Of a stretch of DNA of 64,000 nt, positions 51,558 to 62,616 are shown piece by piece; within the stretch, counting starts at the first letter, position 1; the number at the start of each line of letters is the position of its first letter. Both the position numbers and the translations under genes were made by a program. The notes under the pieces were generated by a model that saw nothing but the letters and a program-made list of their open reading frames with translations, was not told where the DNA came from and did no database searches. The stretch spans positions 124,001 to 188,000 of the forward strand of contig QPGO01000138.1 of the NCBI GenBank assembly GCA_008632985.1. The letters are read 5' to 3'. This DNA comes from Psammoneis japonica. Taxonomy: Eukaryota.

Positions 51558-52517
51558 TCAAACCACCGCGTGATGGCGTGTCCCAACAACGGGTTTGCTT
51601 TCAACTTTCTTAACATTTTGTTCACAAGTTGAAGTAGCTTTCAATAAATGTTCCAATGTCGGAGAAGCAATGTCCATTGGAATGCGTTCTTCAACCGGAA
51701 TGTGTCTATACTCAACTTCTTCATCCTCTTCATCCTCATCTTCGGCTGCAAACACGATCGAGCACACCTCTGATCTCTTCCATACACTAATCGTATCTTT
51801 GACGTGCAACCAGTTTGTCAAACTAGCTTTGAGAACGCAGTGATACTCTTGCACGAGTCGTTCCTGGAACTCCCGACTCGATGATCTACCCCACGGTCCC
51901 TGATCAACTGATACGGTATCACCATAGAGTTCGCCGACATGAATGACATGGTCGCCTTTGTAATTTTCGAGACATTCTGCTCCAAGTGATAACGTGCTTT
52001 CTGGTTGATCATTCTCGTCGGGATAGCATAAGAACAACGTACGATTGGCATTACGAATCTCATCAGAAGCCAAAACTTCGGGCCCACCTTTAGCAACTGG
52101 GAATTTATGACCGCTTTCACCATCAGGCTTCGATTCGCCAATCTTCCCACCCTGCTCCAATTCAGCATCGTATCCGACAACATCAATGCCCGTTTCTTGC
52201 ATACATCGGCACCAATACGCGTTTGATCCACAGCCAATTTCGACAATTGGACTAAAGTGTTTTAGAATTGCGAGAGCGCGGTCGTCTGGTGTAGCCCACG
52301 AGTATTTGTTTACGAGGGTTTCACCCAAGTCAGCTTGCTCCATCCAAAGCTCGCCGCGTCGCTCCGCCGAAAGCGACGAGGAAAAGAATCGATCTCGTTC
52401 AGGCTGTGGGACGGTATTGAGGAATTCTGACTGTGCAGCAAGGAGTGGGTTGGAATTATCGCGGTTCTTTTTTTCTCTCTTCCGTTTTCTGTTCTTGTTG
52501 CTGCTCTTCTTTGTCAT
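51558..52517 (-). CDS. Conserved SAM-dependent methyltransferase-like protein
   Basis: YSWATPD..IVEIGCGSNAYW..VVGYD..LFLCYPD..VIHVGE. Confidence 0.7.
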   Translation of the reverse strand: MTKKSSNKNRKRKREKKNRDNSNPLLAAQSEFLNTVPQPERDRFFSSSLSAERRGELWMEQADLGETLVNKYSWATPDDRALAILKHFSPIVEIGCGSNAYWCRCMQETGIDVVGYDAELEQGGKIGESKPDGESGHKFPVAKGGPEVLASDEIRNANRTLFLCYPDENDQPESTLSLGAECLENYKGDHVIHVGELYGDTVSVDQGPWGRSSSREFQERLVQEYHCVLKASLTNWLHVKDTISVWKRSEVCSIVFAAEDEDEEDEEVEYRHIPVEERIPMDIASPTLEHLLKATSTCEQNVKKVESKPVVGTRHHAVV

Positions 52518-53203
52518 GGTATATAGCAAGCTCGAAACACTATCGTCAACCAAGACCAAGACTTTCTACTACTTATACCTTATACTTTACTTCATCAAGC
52601 CAACAAAGGATAACACCACACAATCGACTAAAGATCCTTCGGTACGGTGTGCGATTTCTTTTGAGGGCTCTGTTGCGCTCGGCGAAACTCTACAGTCCAA
52701 TATGTACCTGTTTTGGAAAGCTATGATACGTGGTGACGTGTGGAAGTTGTTATTTATGGATTTTGTGAACACCGGTCGCCAATTCAGTCAGTCATCTACA
52801 GCTACGAATGATGCATTAAAATTCCAAAATTTACACCTCGTAGGGGCCCACGGTGTGACGGACATACATAGTCGTAGAAAAATGGACTCTAATATATTAC
52901 TTTTAGTACGATCATCAATATTTCTGATACAATAACGGTTATTAATCGTCGTATAAAGACAATTTCCAATGAAGAACCCCGCCTTCAACATGTCACGTAG
53001 AGCTCTCGTATGCTGGTGCGATGGTTAATCGCGCAGCTCGAGATACTTCCCACGTGATTTCTACGCAAGTCTTGTATGTGTGACACGAACTTTTTTATCA
53101 CTCCTCGCGTTCTCATGAGAACTCCTTGACAAACGATTGGATATCTTTTGTTGTTGCCAACAGAGCAGCTCTATTTGTCACTATAGCGGCGGCGAAGCGC
53201 AAA

Positions 53204-54430
53204 ATGAAGGAGGCCGCTGGGGATGTGTATGCTGGAATTGCGGTTGGAGCAGCGCATTCCGTTTACTTTGTGAAAAAATGGGTAAATCACAACATGCTGC
53301 GTCCTGCATTACATGCGCTTGGACTTCCTGCCACTGAGGAGGTTCGTGGGGTTGAGCGACTTCGTGATGGTTCCAAGCCAGGTCTCAAAGTTATTGGCGT
53401 TGGGTATGGAAGAACAGGAACGGTAAGAAAATGGCTCCTTTGCGGCATGTCGCCCATCGTTTCTCGATCTTGTTTTCTTCATCGTTCCGGCGGGAGATTT
53501 TCGTTGCCGTTCATTTAACGGTCGGATGGACGAGCATTGCGCGTTATTCGTGTATATATAATTGTTATTAACCGGACTCACAATTTCTTGATCTTCTTTG
53601 CCTTCTTTCGTCAGTACTCTCTAGCTCTTGCACTGGATGAGCTAGGATTCCCCACCTTGCACACCCAACACTTGTATGAAATGGACGAAATCTTTGATAT
53701 GTGGACCAACGAGATTATCCTGCCTTCTATCGAGGCTAGAAACGCGACCCTTGGGAGACCAAATTTCGATTTGATTGCACAGCATGGATTCACGGGGACA
53801 ACTGATCTGCCCATGGCACTCTACTTTGAAGAACTTTCCAAAGCTTATCCGGACTGCAAGTTTGTTCTAACAGTCCGTGAAAGCTCGGAAATTTGGTTCA
53901 AGTCTTGGGACACGCTCACAAAAAGCATAACGAGACCGACCCGTAATTTCAGCTTTTTAACAGGAGTGAAGCGTCTTGGCCTTTACCTTCGATGGCTGTT
54001 TGCTATTGTCAACCACGATAATTCATATTTGACGGTCCCGTACCCCCTTCCTGACCAGAATAAAAAAGCAGCCATAGCCTCCTACGAAGCACACAACCAG
54101 AGGGTTCGGGAAGTGATTCCTCCGGAGCGCTTGTTGGAATACAGTGTCAAGCAGGGATGGGAGCCACTCTGTAACTTTCTGCAAGTTGACGAATGTCCCA
54201 CAAAGCCTTTTCCAAAGACAAACTCGGCGCGATCGGTACAGATTCAGTCGATATCAGCCATGATCTTCCCCTGCACTGCAGTCTTGGTTGGCTTGTACTT
54301 TGTGTCTTTGTGCGTAAAGCGAATGTCCAAAGACATGCCGCAAGGGCCGCCCAATATAGATGTTATTCGCAAGATTGAAGCTCCTCAACGAATGAAGAAA
54401 CGAAACCTCAGACGAATCAAAGCGGCATAA
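53204..54430 (+). CDS. Sulfotransferase-like P-loop protein (Sulfotransfer_4 type); intron 53423-53614; start uncertain
   Basis: KVIGVGYGRTGT/YSLALALDELG..H, TDLP, YPDCKFVLTVR, HNQRVREVIPPERLL, GWEPLCNFL, PFPKTN. Confidence 0.85.
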
Positions 54431-54673
54431 AAAATTGATTGGGCCGAAATTACATGTTTTATGCATGGTGATGTGGTGTCAAGATGTATCGAATGTTAAC
54501 ATGGAACTGGTTTTTGTTGTGTTCAGTATGCAATTTGTTTTGTTTGTTCTGCAAAATTGATTCAGCGAGACAATGTCAAAACGTGAGACCGTGCACGTAC
54601 TGTAGAATGGATCTCGCAACAAAAGAAGTACATGTATCACAAGTTTGTCTCTAGAGTACTAAACTGAACCAGT

Positions 54674-55441
54674 CTATTCTTTCTTGATGACTCCCACTTC
54701 AGCTGGCCGTATCACACGATCATTGAGAATGAATCCAACCTTCATGACCTGCCCAATGGTACCGGCTTCTGACTTTGGGTCAGGATACTCGTAAAGAGCC
54801 TCATGACGATTCGGATCAAAAACTTCTCCCGGTTCTCCGAATTTCTTCAACCCATTCTTGGCAAACGCCTTGGTGAGGCCTTCGTCCGTCATTTGGATTC
54901 CCTCGTACAAGGTAGCCAAGACGGGATGCTGCTCACGGTCGTTGCGGTATTCCTCCGGCACGGCTTCCAACGCACGCGTCAAGTTGTCCGAGGTGTCCAA
55001 CAACGATTTTGCAAAACTAGCTACTGCAAAGTTCCGCGCCGTATCGACATCTTTCTTGGCAATGCGGCGAGTGTTTTCCTGTTCGGCCAAACTCCTCAAC
55101 AGCTGATCTTTCAGATCCTTCACCTCATTCTCGAGTTCCTCCTCGCGATTTAATTCTCCTCCTTCCTCTCCTTCAGCCGGGGTTGGTTCTTCTTCTGTTG
55201 CTTCAGCCGGTTCTTCCTCGATCTTTTCTTCTTCCACTTTTTGTTCAGCAGAAGCAGCACTGTCCTTGTCGCTCAAGAAGCGCATTTGTGAAACGGTGTG
55301 ACGGTACGAAGCAGGTCTTTGCATGGTGAACGCCGTGTTGACGCTAGGAACGCTGCTTTTTGCAAAAGGTTGTCGCCCACATGCTAGCACAATCTGACGC
55401 ACCGATCGGCTCGTCGGTACCATACGAGTTGATAAAGACAT
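54674..55441 (-). CDS. grpE: Mitochondrial GrpE nucleotide-exchange factor
   Basis: Transit-peptide-like N-terminus; LRSLAEQENTRR, FAKSLLDTSDNL, FDPNRHEAL, GFILNDRVIRPAEVGV. Confidence 0.95.
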   Translation of the reverse strand: MSLSTRMVPTSRSVRQIVLACGRQPFAKSSVPSVNTAFTMQRPASYRHTVSQMRFLSDKDSAASAEQKVEEEKIEEEPAEATEEEPTPAEGEEGGELNREEELENEVKDLKDQLLRSLAEQENTRRIAKKDVDTARNFAVASFAKSLLDTSDNLTRALEAVPEEYRNDREQHPVLATLYEGIQMTDEGLTKAFAKNGLKKFGEPGEVFDPNRHEALYEYPDPKSEAGTIGQVMKVGFILNDRVIRPAEVGVIKKE

Positions 55442-55809
55442 GAGTAGGTGGTACAGTATGTATATTTGCTTCCTGTTCCTTTCCTCCCCTCAAACGAGCT
55501 TGTTGGCGGCTGCGTCGATGTTCGAAGATGCAACCGCCGACGACCAAATTAAAATGCGTGGCGTGTGTTGCGCTTATTGTGCGGCGGCCGCAGACCCCAG
55601 TACGATTTGTACGTGGAAAAAGCGCGGGAAATCTGCTTGCAGTGGCTGACGTCACGAAATCACTGAGGCATGCTCTCCTATTTCGCATAAACACGAGCTT
55701 GCAACACTGTTTGCTGGAGCTGCCGGTAAACGTGTTTTCGTTGGAATCAGCTCGAGCTACCTCTCCCTTTCTGCATGAGCTCTCTAGAGAGACAGACCAG
55801 CAAGTAGAT

Positions 55810-56333
55810 TCATGAAAGAACACTCTCTGCCAGAGAGTGGCTCTGCTGCAGGTGAACTTTCAGGCCTGCTCTGTGCTGTGTGCTCCCCCACTGTGGCTGT
55901 GCCACCTGCCTGCTGGCTGGCAGGAGCGAACAAGTTCTTGAAAACAGATTCAGATCTCTGTGCCACTCATTGGTCATGTGCACATGGTGACTGTGCCTTT
56001 CATTTGTTGTTGTGTTGAAAACGTCAACGAAAGTGGGCTTGTCCTCTCCTCCTCTGAACTCAACGCAGCAGCCTCTCGCTTCTTGTCTCGAAAAGCTGTG
56101 CATCGCCCTCCAATGTGATGAACAAACAGGCCAAGTCAAAGTGACCCAAAAAGCCATCATGAGCCACACGGGGGCATGGCAGTGAGGCAAATGCCGGTGT
56201 GCTCACAAAAAGGTTCCAGCAAAGAACCAAGGCGCCACTCCACTGGCAGAGCAGCTGCTGTGGCTGAAAGCTGAGGAGACGCGAGTGGACAGCCCAGAGT
56301 GGAGTGAGAGATGCATCATCTCTCCTGCAGAGC
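55810..56333. other. Small TpA-free island (domain 4)
   Basis: No TA seen by eye in ~525 bp; some CG retained. Confidence 0.8.
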
Positions 56334-56816
56334 ATAGACAGATTATCTAGCTAGACAGCCACCGGTAGACAGGCAGACAGACAGCTGCGGTAGATAGATG
56401 GGCGGGGCCATGCATGCGTGCCGCGCATAGACGCAACCTGTTTCGCGCTGCGCGGCTGAATTGCTGTGACACCTCCACAGCCAGAATTTTTTTACCACGA
56501 CATAACCACGGCCGCTAGCGACATCCTCTTTTTGATGTTACCACTGTTCAACAAGAAGCTTGCTCTCGCCGACACCACTTGCGCTCTTGACAATAGAAAC
56601 TAAGAGATTTTTATCGGGTAAGTCACACCCTTTATCGTGCGCTTTCCACGGGCTCAGGAAGTATCGGCACTAACCCATTTTTTTCTCTTCAGCTCTTATT
56701 ACGGCTCGACCCATCCCAACCTACCCGAAGACGTGTATCTCCATTACCGTCAACAGGAGCCCGTCACCACTGGCGCCTCTATCAGTTCTGGGCTTGCTAT
56801 ACCTGCTGTAGTGACC

Positions 56817-57558
56817 ATGACCATCGACAACCTATATCTTGATATTGTGCACCGGCCCGAGTTTGACATGATTGACGACAAACCCAAGAACAATTTGTCG
56901 CAACTTAGAGGAGAAACGGTTGCAATTGACGTGTCCATTCCTCTTTACAAGATCCTCCTCGACCCAATAGCGGCAAGGCAAGTGTATGCCTCACCGAAGA
57001 CACCTGTTGGTCAAGCAGCAAAACTTTTGGTACAGCGTCACAACAGACTTTACAAACAAAACGGCATTGAAGCCATACACGTTTTTGACGGCGCTCACAA
57101 CCCGCTCAAATGGCAAACTGATGCAAAGCGTAGAGCCAGAAAAAGACCTGTTGAAGATAGGATATTGTTTCTTCTTCAGCAGAACCGGCCAGAACAAGAT
57201 AGACTCGAGGTGCTGAACAGGTGGAAAAGCATTGTTTGTCCAAGAGGTGACATTATGCTCCTGATCAAGAAAGTATTCGACTGAGAAGGAATCCCGTATA
57301 TGCAAGCTGCCATTGAAGCTGAAGCGCAGTGCGTGGAGATGCAAAATTTGGGGATTGTCACATATATAGAATCTGAGGATGGCGACGTGTATGGGTACAA
57401 TGGTGAGAAATGGATCACCAACTTAAACCCCCACAATGGTGACTGCTGTATGGGTGGCGGCTGATATTGATGCTCGTGAGAGTGCTGGAGGTGGCCGTTG
57501 GAAGGATTTCAAGTATGCCATTCCTGCTTTTCGTGGTTGTGACTACAATACTGGGTAG
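56817..57558 (+). pseudogene. XPG/FEN1/EXO1-family nuclease, interrupted and truncated
   Basis: LRGETVAIDVS, HVFDGAHNPLK, in-frame TGA at 57282-57284, then GIPYMQAAIEAEAQC, ESEDGD, GCDY. Confidence 0.75.
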
Positions 57559-57835
57559 GTAGTGTTCGATAGCTACCGGTGGCATTTGATGTGATAGCCA
57601 ATAGCCAGCATTCGATACTGTACGACAGGGTAGCTAGCATTCGATACTGTACGATAGGGTAGCTAGCATTCGAAAGCTAGAGTACTAGCATTTGGCACGA
57701 TGTGACAGATAGTAGTATTTGATGGCTACTGGTAGGAGTAGTATTTGATCTGATACGATGGATAGCATTCGATGCGATGCGGCAGCTAGAGTGTTTGACA
57801 GCTAATGTTCGATACGATACGATAGCTAGAGTTCC
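57555..57835. repeat. TA/CG-rich degenerate minisatellite (29-bp core tagctagcattcgatactgtacgataggg)
   Basis: About 2.5 near-perfect units at 57602-57672, with decayed units on both sides. Confidence 0.8.
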
Positions 57836-57939
57836 CCAATGGCTTCCTGGATTACTTCTTAGATTTTACAACAGAAGCTGAGGGGATAAATGTGTCCTCT
57901 GACCAAAGCTATTAAAGGCAATGATAAAAACGGAAGTTA

Positions 57940-58460
57940 TCCTTTATAGTTACATGCACGACCACAACAAAGAAGCTCAGCAAAACGACTTTTTGACGAT
58001 GACGACAATGCCCGCCATGAAATGCAACACTCAGTCGCTCTTCTATATACAATAAACAAATGACACCAGCGATGAAATTCAATGGATGAAGCCAAATCAA
58101 CGAAGTGTAAACGACACAGCCAAAACGGCATGCGATCAAAAACCACAACACTGTATAAAACGACTTTACACAACGACGACAACACCCGCCATAACAACAA
58201 AAGACTCGGTTGCTCTTCTCAATGCAACAAACAAATGATGCGAGCCGTGAAAGCCAATGGATGAAGCCAAATCAACAAAGTGCCGGTATAAACAACACGG
58301 CCAATGGCATTTGATCAAAAACCACAACACTGCACACATAAAACGACTTTGTGCGACGATGACAATGCTTGCCACAGCAACAAAACATTCAAGCATGCTT
58401 TTCTTGATACAACAAACAAACATGATAGCCACCTTGCCAAGCCAAATCAATGAAGTAACA
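57940..58460. repeat. Three diverged ~175-182-bp tandem units
   Basis: aaacgacttt at ~57983, 58158, 58341; aagccaaatcaa at ~58089, 58264, 58439. Confidence 0.8.
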
Positions 58461-59247
58461 TCAAAATAGCCAACAACGGACGCAAAAAAAATTGAATCCA
58501 ATGTATTCAAAATTGCATGTGGGTCCCGGTGGCACACAAGAGTTCTCAACAAGGTGCCCACACACCACATCTCTCATGTTGTTGTTGCTTGCATTGCCAC
58601 TTCCATAACATGGCCTTCTTTTGCTGGCACACGGCAGATGCAAGGGTGGAGCCGCACACCTTTGCAATGGTTCCTCTGGGGATCTCGCTTGCATTTTGGG
58701 AGACGATGCCGTGGGCGATTCTTCTGTCATCACTGCAACAGGTAGAGGAAGGAGAGGTCAATCAAAAGCGCCAGTGGTGACGGGCTCCTTTTGACGGTAA
58801 TTGAGATACACATCTTCGAGTAGGGTGTGATGGGTCGAGCCGCAATGGGAGCTGAAGAGGAAAAAATGGGTTGGTGCCGATGATTCCTGAGCCCGTGGAA
58901 AGCGCACGATAAAGGATATGACTTACCAAAAATAAAGCTCTTAGCATCTGTTGTTAAGAGCGCAAGTGGTGTCGGGGAGAGTAACCTTCTTGTTGAACAG
59001 CGGTGATATCAAAAGAGGAGGTCGTCAGAGGCCGTGGTTTTGTCGTGGTAAAAAAATTCTGGCTCCGGAGGGTCACAGCAATTCAGCGTCCGGGTTCCGT
59101 CTATGCCGCATGCCAGTAGACAATGGTATAAAGCTCGCCACCCTATTTCGCATCAACCACCGACACAACATCACGATGGCACGATCACCCCGTTTGTGTG
59201 AAAGTCCTTTTCTTGAACAAATCTACCTGGCAGGGCACTGCGACAAG

Positions 59248-60720
59248 ATGGCTAAACCTCAAAGGAAGAGCTATAGAAAGAATTCAAACCTTCCAAAAAG
59301 CAACTCAAAGACCGCGGACACGAAATCGATTCTCGTTGCAACTATCGTTGCTCTTGCTTCTGTCGGAGTTTATCGGATACGTGCGGCTCGCAAGGACCCA
59401 ACGACTCAGTTTGTCGATTGGTTCCATAACAACGGTGGTTGGATGTCAACAAAGATCAAGCTTGCTTCCTTTCCCGTCTATGGGTATGGCCTCTTGGCGC
59501 AGCAAAATGTTTCAATTGCCAGAGACGAGTTGCTTCTCAGAGTACCAGAATCCATTCAATTCAGTCAAGAGTCCGCAAGGACGAGATTTCGTCAACTCCA
59601 ACCCATCCTGGATACCACCATTTATGATTCACTCGGAAAGCTTTTTCAGGATCCACTCGAGAGACAGGATGCAATAATTGCCGTGTTGTTCATGGTGGAG
59701 TGCTCCTTGGGAAAATCGTCAAGATTCTACCCATATCTTGCCATACTACCTCAATCCGTTTCGCGCTTGGACACCTTTGGAGATGAGCAGCTAAAGCTAT
59801 TGCAAGATGCAAGTCTTGAAATGTTGGCCAAGCAGTCACAAAGGCGCCTCTCGTCTAGCTACAAAAGTATCCACGAAATAGTTTGGGATTTGTCCAAGCT
59901 TGCTGCAGAGAGAGCAGAAACGACAGCTGATGCTTCTTGCGTGTCATTCGAATCATATCATCGATACGTCGCTATTGTCAGCTCTCATGCGATGATTTTG
60001 GACGAAACCAAGTACGTCGTTCCAATGGCTGACATGATAAATCACGAGTCTCACCCTCATGACGGCAACGATAAAGGAGGAGAATCATCATCGTTTGCAT
60101 CGTTTCACAAGCGCGACTCGGTCAGTGGCGATATTCACGTCCATGCCGATCGGTTCATAAACGCAAATGATCAAGTCTTTGAAGAGTATGGGAAACTGGA
60201 TAATAGTCTCTACCTTGTTGCACACGGGTTTGTGCCGTCGAATCCTCACCACTGCGCCATTTTATCAGCCTCAACCCTACCAACAACGTCGAATCCTGTT
60301 CTTCAACAAGTTTTAAAGCAGATGAACTTCGCCAAAGAACTGATGCACAATGTTTGTGTCCAAAGAGATGGATCAGTTGTTGGGGATCCAGAGGGTGTCG
60401 TTTCTAAGTACATTGCTGTTTCCAGCCTCGAGCACGGGAACGCAGAGCAGTTGGAATTGTGCATACAGACGCTGCACACTGAGGATCAAGAAGCGATCCG
60501 TTCATCATGTGTAGAGTATCCCAAGAGCAAAGCAAATATCGTACATGCAATCTGCAAAAGTGCTGCGGCGACGCTTTTGCAGGCCAAAACAACACTCGAG
60601 GAGGATTTGGTACTTCTGAGAGAGAGTGAGGGCAGAAACGATCCTGTATCCACTCTACTTGCTCTTAGGTTTCGGATTGCAGACAAGCAATTGTTGGACG
60701 CCATTGCTTGTTATGATTGA
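59248..60720 (+). CDS. SET-domain lysine methyltransferase (Rubisco-LSMT/SETD3-like)
   Basis: FVDWFHNNGG, GYGLLA, SRFYPYLAILP, VPMADMINH, QVFEEYG..NSLYLVAHGF, TTLEED..ALRFR. Confidence 0.88.
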   Translation: MAKPQRKSYRKNSNLPKSNSKTADTKSILVATIVALASVGVYRIRAARKDPTTQFVDWFHNNGGWMSTKIKLASFPVYGYGLLAQQNVSIARDELLLRVPESIQFSQESARTRFRQLQPILDTTIYDSLGKLFQDPLERQDAIIAVLFMVECSLGKSSRFYPYLAILPQSVSRLDTFGDEQLKLLQDASLEMLAKQSQRRLSSSYKSIHEIVWDLSKLAAERAETTADASCVSFESYHRYVAIVSSHAMILDETKYVVPMADMINHESHPHDGNDKGGESSSFASFHKRDSVSGDIHVHADRFINANDQVFEEYGKLDNSLYLVAHGFVPSNPHHCAILSASTLPTTSNPVLQQVLKQMNFAKELMHNVCVQRDGSVVGDPEGVVSKYIAVSSLEHGNAEQLELCIQTLHTEDQEAIRSSCVEYPKSKANIVHAICKSAAATLLQAKTTLEEDLVLLRESEGRNDPVSTLLALRFRIADKQLLDAIACYD

Positions 60721-60789
60721 ACGATGATTGAGCCGATTCGAGATTTTGGGCGTCCGCTTAAAACAGCTTATCGTTACGACTAACTGTTA

Positions 60790-62616
60790 CTATGAAGGAG
60801 GCGTCAAGACTTTGTCAATGACATGTATGACCCCGTTACTCGCTAAGAAGTCAACGGCGACGATGTTGGCTTCGTTGTTTATTTTCAGTCCAAGAAAGAC
60901 AACGAAGAAGAGATAGCGACGCTTGATGTGGATTTCCGCGCCGTCGAGGGATGTTGCGAGTGAACCCTCCTTTAAATCTCTGGATCTGATTTCAGCTGGC
61001 ACCACATGGTAGAGCAATGTATCAACAAGGACATCCTTGTTTTCGGGTTTGAGTAAATCGTCAAATGGAATATCCATTTCCCTGAACGCTCTGTCTGACG
61101 GTACAAAAATTGTGACTTTCTCTTTGCTTTGGAGAGTTTCTTCCAAGTCCGCTGCCGCGACTGCCTCAAGAAACTTGGAGCAGTACGACTTGGACGAGGC
61201 AACCTCCATGATATCTGGGAGCGGATTTGGCGGAACCAGCACTTTGTCAATTATGTGGATGACGCCATTGGATGCTTCAATATCGAACTTTCTGATGTTG
61301 GTGTTGCCATTTATCGTAGCACCAAACATCCACCAGAGAAAGTAGTGCACACGAACCATAATATCGCTTCCGAGCTCAGTTGTCAATCGTCCTGGTCTCA
61401 AATCTTTGGATCTAAACTCACCAGGCACAACATGATAGCTAAGAATTTCAACCAACGTGTCTCTGTTGCTCTCCTTTAGGAGGTCTTCAACCGGAAGGTC
61501 GAGTCGTTGAAAAGAATCATTGCTAGGAGCGAAAATTGTAAAAGGACCGGGTTGTTCCAACAAATCCTCGAGATCGGCAGCCACAATTGCTTCCGCAAGA
61601 ATGGAGAGATTATCGTCAGCCATGGTAACTTGTACAATGTCGGGACCGGGAGCACGAAGACTTGGAGGCGTTAGAAGCTTATCAATAACGTGAATCACGC
61701 CATTCGACGCCAAGATGTCAAAGAGGGTGATTCTTGCGTCGTCGTTGATTCTTGCGCGGTCGACTTGAAACCCTACATCCACTTCAATGGATTCACCCTG
61801 CAAGGTTTCGAAAGTTCCATCCTCTAACTTTTCTAGCACATTTATCCCTGGCACAATATGATATCGAAGGATGCTTTTCAGGGTTTCTTTGTTTTCGTCT
61901 TTGAGAAGATCGTTGAGAGCATCTTCTCCCAAGGAGGCAAAGACTTCATTTGCTGGAGCAAATATCGTTAGAGCGTCGGCTTGGGAAATGTCTTTGACCA
62001 AATCGGCTGCAATGATTGCATCCACGAAGATCTCAAAAGTACCGGGATTAGCAGAGGCAACCTCCACCAACGTGTTTGTGGCAAAAAATGGCAGAAGAAC
62101 ACGGTCAATGACATGCACGACTCCATTCACCGCTTCAACGTCTGGTTGCAAAACAGTCGCATCGTTTATCATCACATTGTCACCATCGTTTGTTGTGTCA
62201 ACGGTATCCCCAAGGGCAGTCTCAATGGTTCCTTTATCTACTATATCGTCAGAGACAACGACTCGACGAACTACATGGTAGCGCAGGAGGGCGCGGAGGT
62301 GCTCGACATAGTCTTCGTTGGAAAGCATATTGTTCAAGAGTTGTTTGTCAATGCCGTCAAAACTATTTGGTGCAAAGACTGTGAACTTTGGACAGGAAAA
62401 CCTAAACCTGCAGTCGAGGTCGTCGTCAAACCCAGCTGTCTCGAGAGCATCAACGAGCGATGTAAGCCCATTCTCAACCGCAACATCCAGAATTGTGTCC
62501 CCAAAGCCCCACCAATCCAATTCGCGAGACCAAAATTCCACTCCTTGGACAAAATTGTCAAAAGATAAGGTCGCTGCGGCAAACAGCAGTGATTTCTCCA
62601 ACCTCATTGCCACCAT
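60790..62616 (-). CDS. Secreted fasciclin (FAS1) protein with four domains
   Basis: Four repeats of T(V/I)F(A/V)P..L.YH(V/I)V..NGV(V/I)H(V/I)ID.(V/L)L; signal peptide. Confidence 0.92.
   Translation of the reverse strand: MVAMRLEKSLLFAAATLSFDNFVQGVEFWSRELDWWGFGDTILDVAVENGLTSLVDALETAGFDDDLDCRFRFSCPKFTVFAPNSFDGIDKQLLNNMLSNEDYVEHLRALLRYHVVRRVVVSDDIVDKGTIETALGDTVDTTNDGDNVMINDATVLQPDVEAVNGVVHVIDRVLLPFFATNTLVEVASANPGTFEIFVDAIIAADLVKDISQADALTIFAPANEVFASLGEDALNDLLKDENKETLKSILRYHIVPGINVLEKLEDGTFETLQGESIEVDVGFQVDRARINDDARITLFDILASNGVIHVIDKLLTPPSLRAPGPDIVQVTMADDNLSILAEAIVAADLEDLLEQPGPFTIFAPSNDSFQRLDLPVEDLLKESNRDTLVEILSYHVVPGEFRSKDLRPGRLTTELGSDIMVRVHYFLWWMFGATINGNTNIRKFDIEASNGVIHIIDKVLVPPNPLPDIMEVASSKSYCSKFLEAVAAADLEETLQSKEKVTIFVPSDRAFREMDIPFDDLLKPENKDVLVDTLLYHVVPAEIRSRDLKEGSLATSLDGAEIHIKRRYLFFVVFLGLKINNEANIVAVDFLASNGVIHVIDKVLTPPS

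Noticed and set aside
57555..58460. CRISPR array
   Set aside because: Units are contiguous and degenerate with no unique spacers, no cas genes, eukaryotic context
58951..59247. Upstream non-ATG ORF extensions (also 10847, 23838, 62829)
   Set aside because: The ORF track uses alternative starts; downstream ATGs give more plausible N-termini
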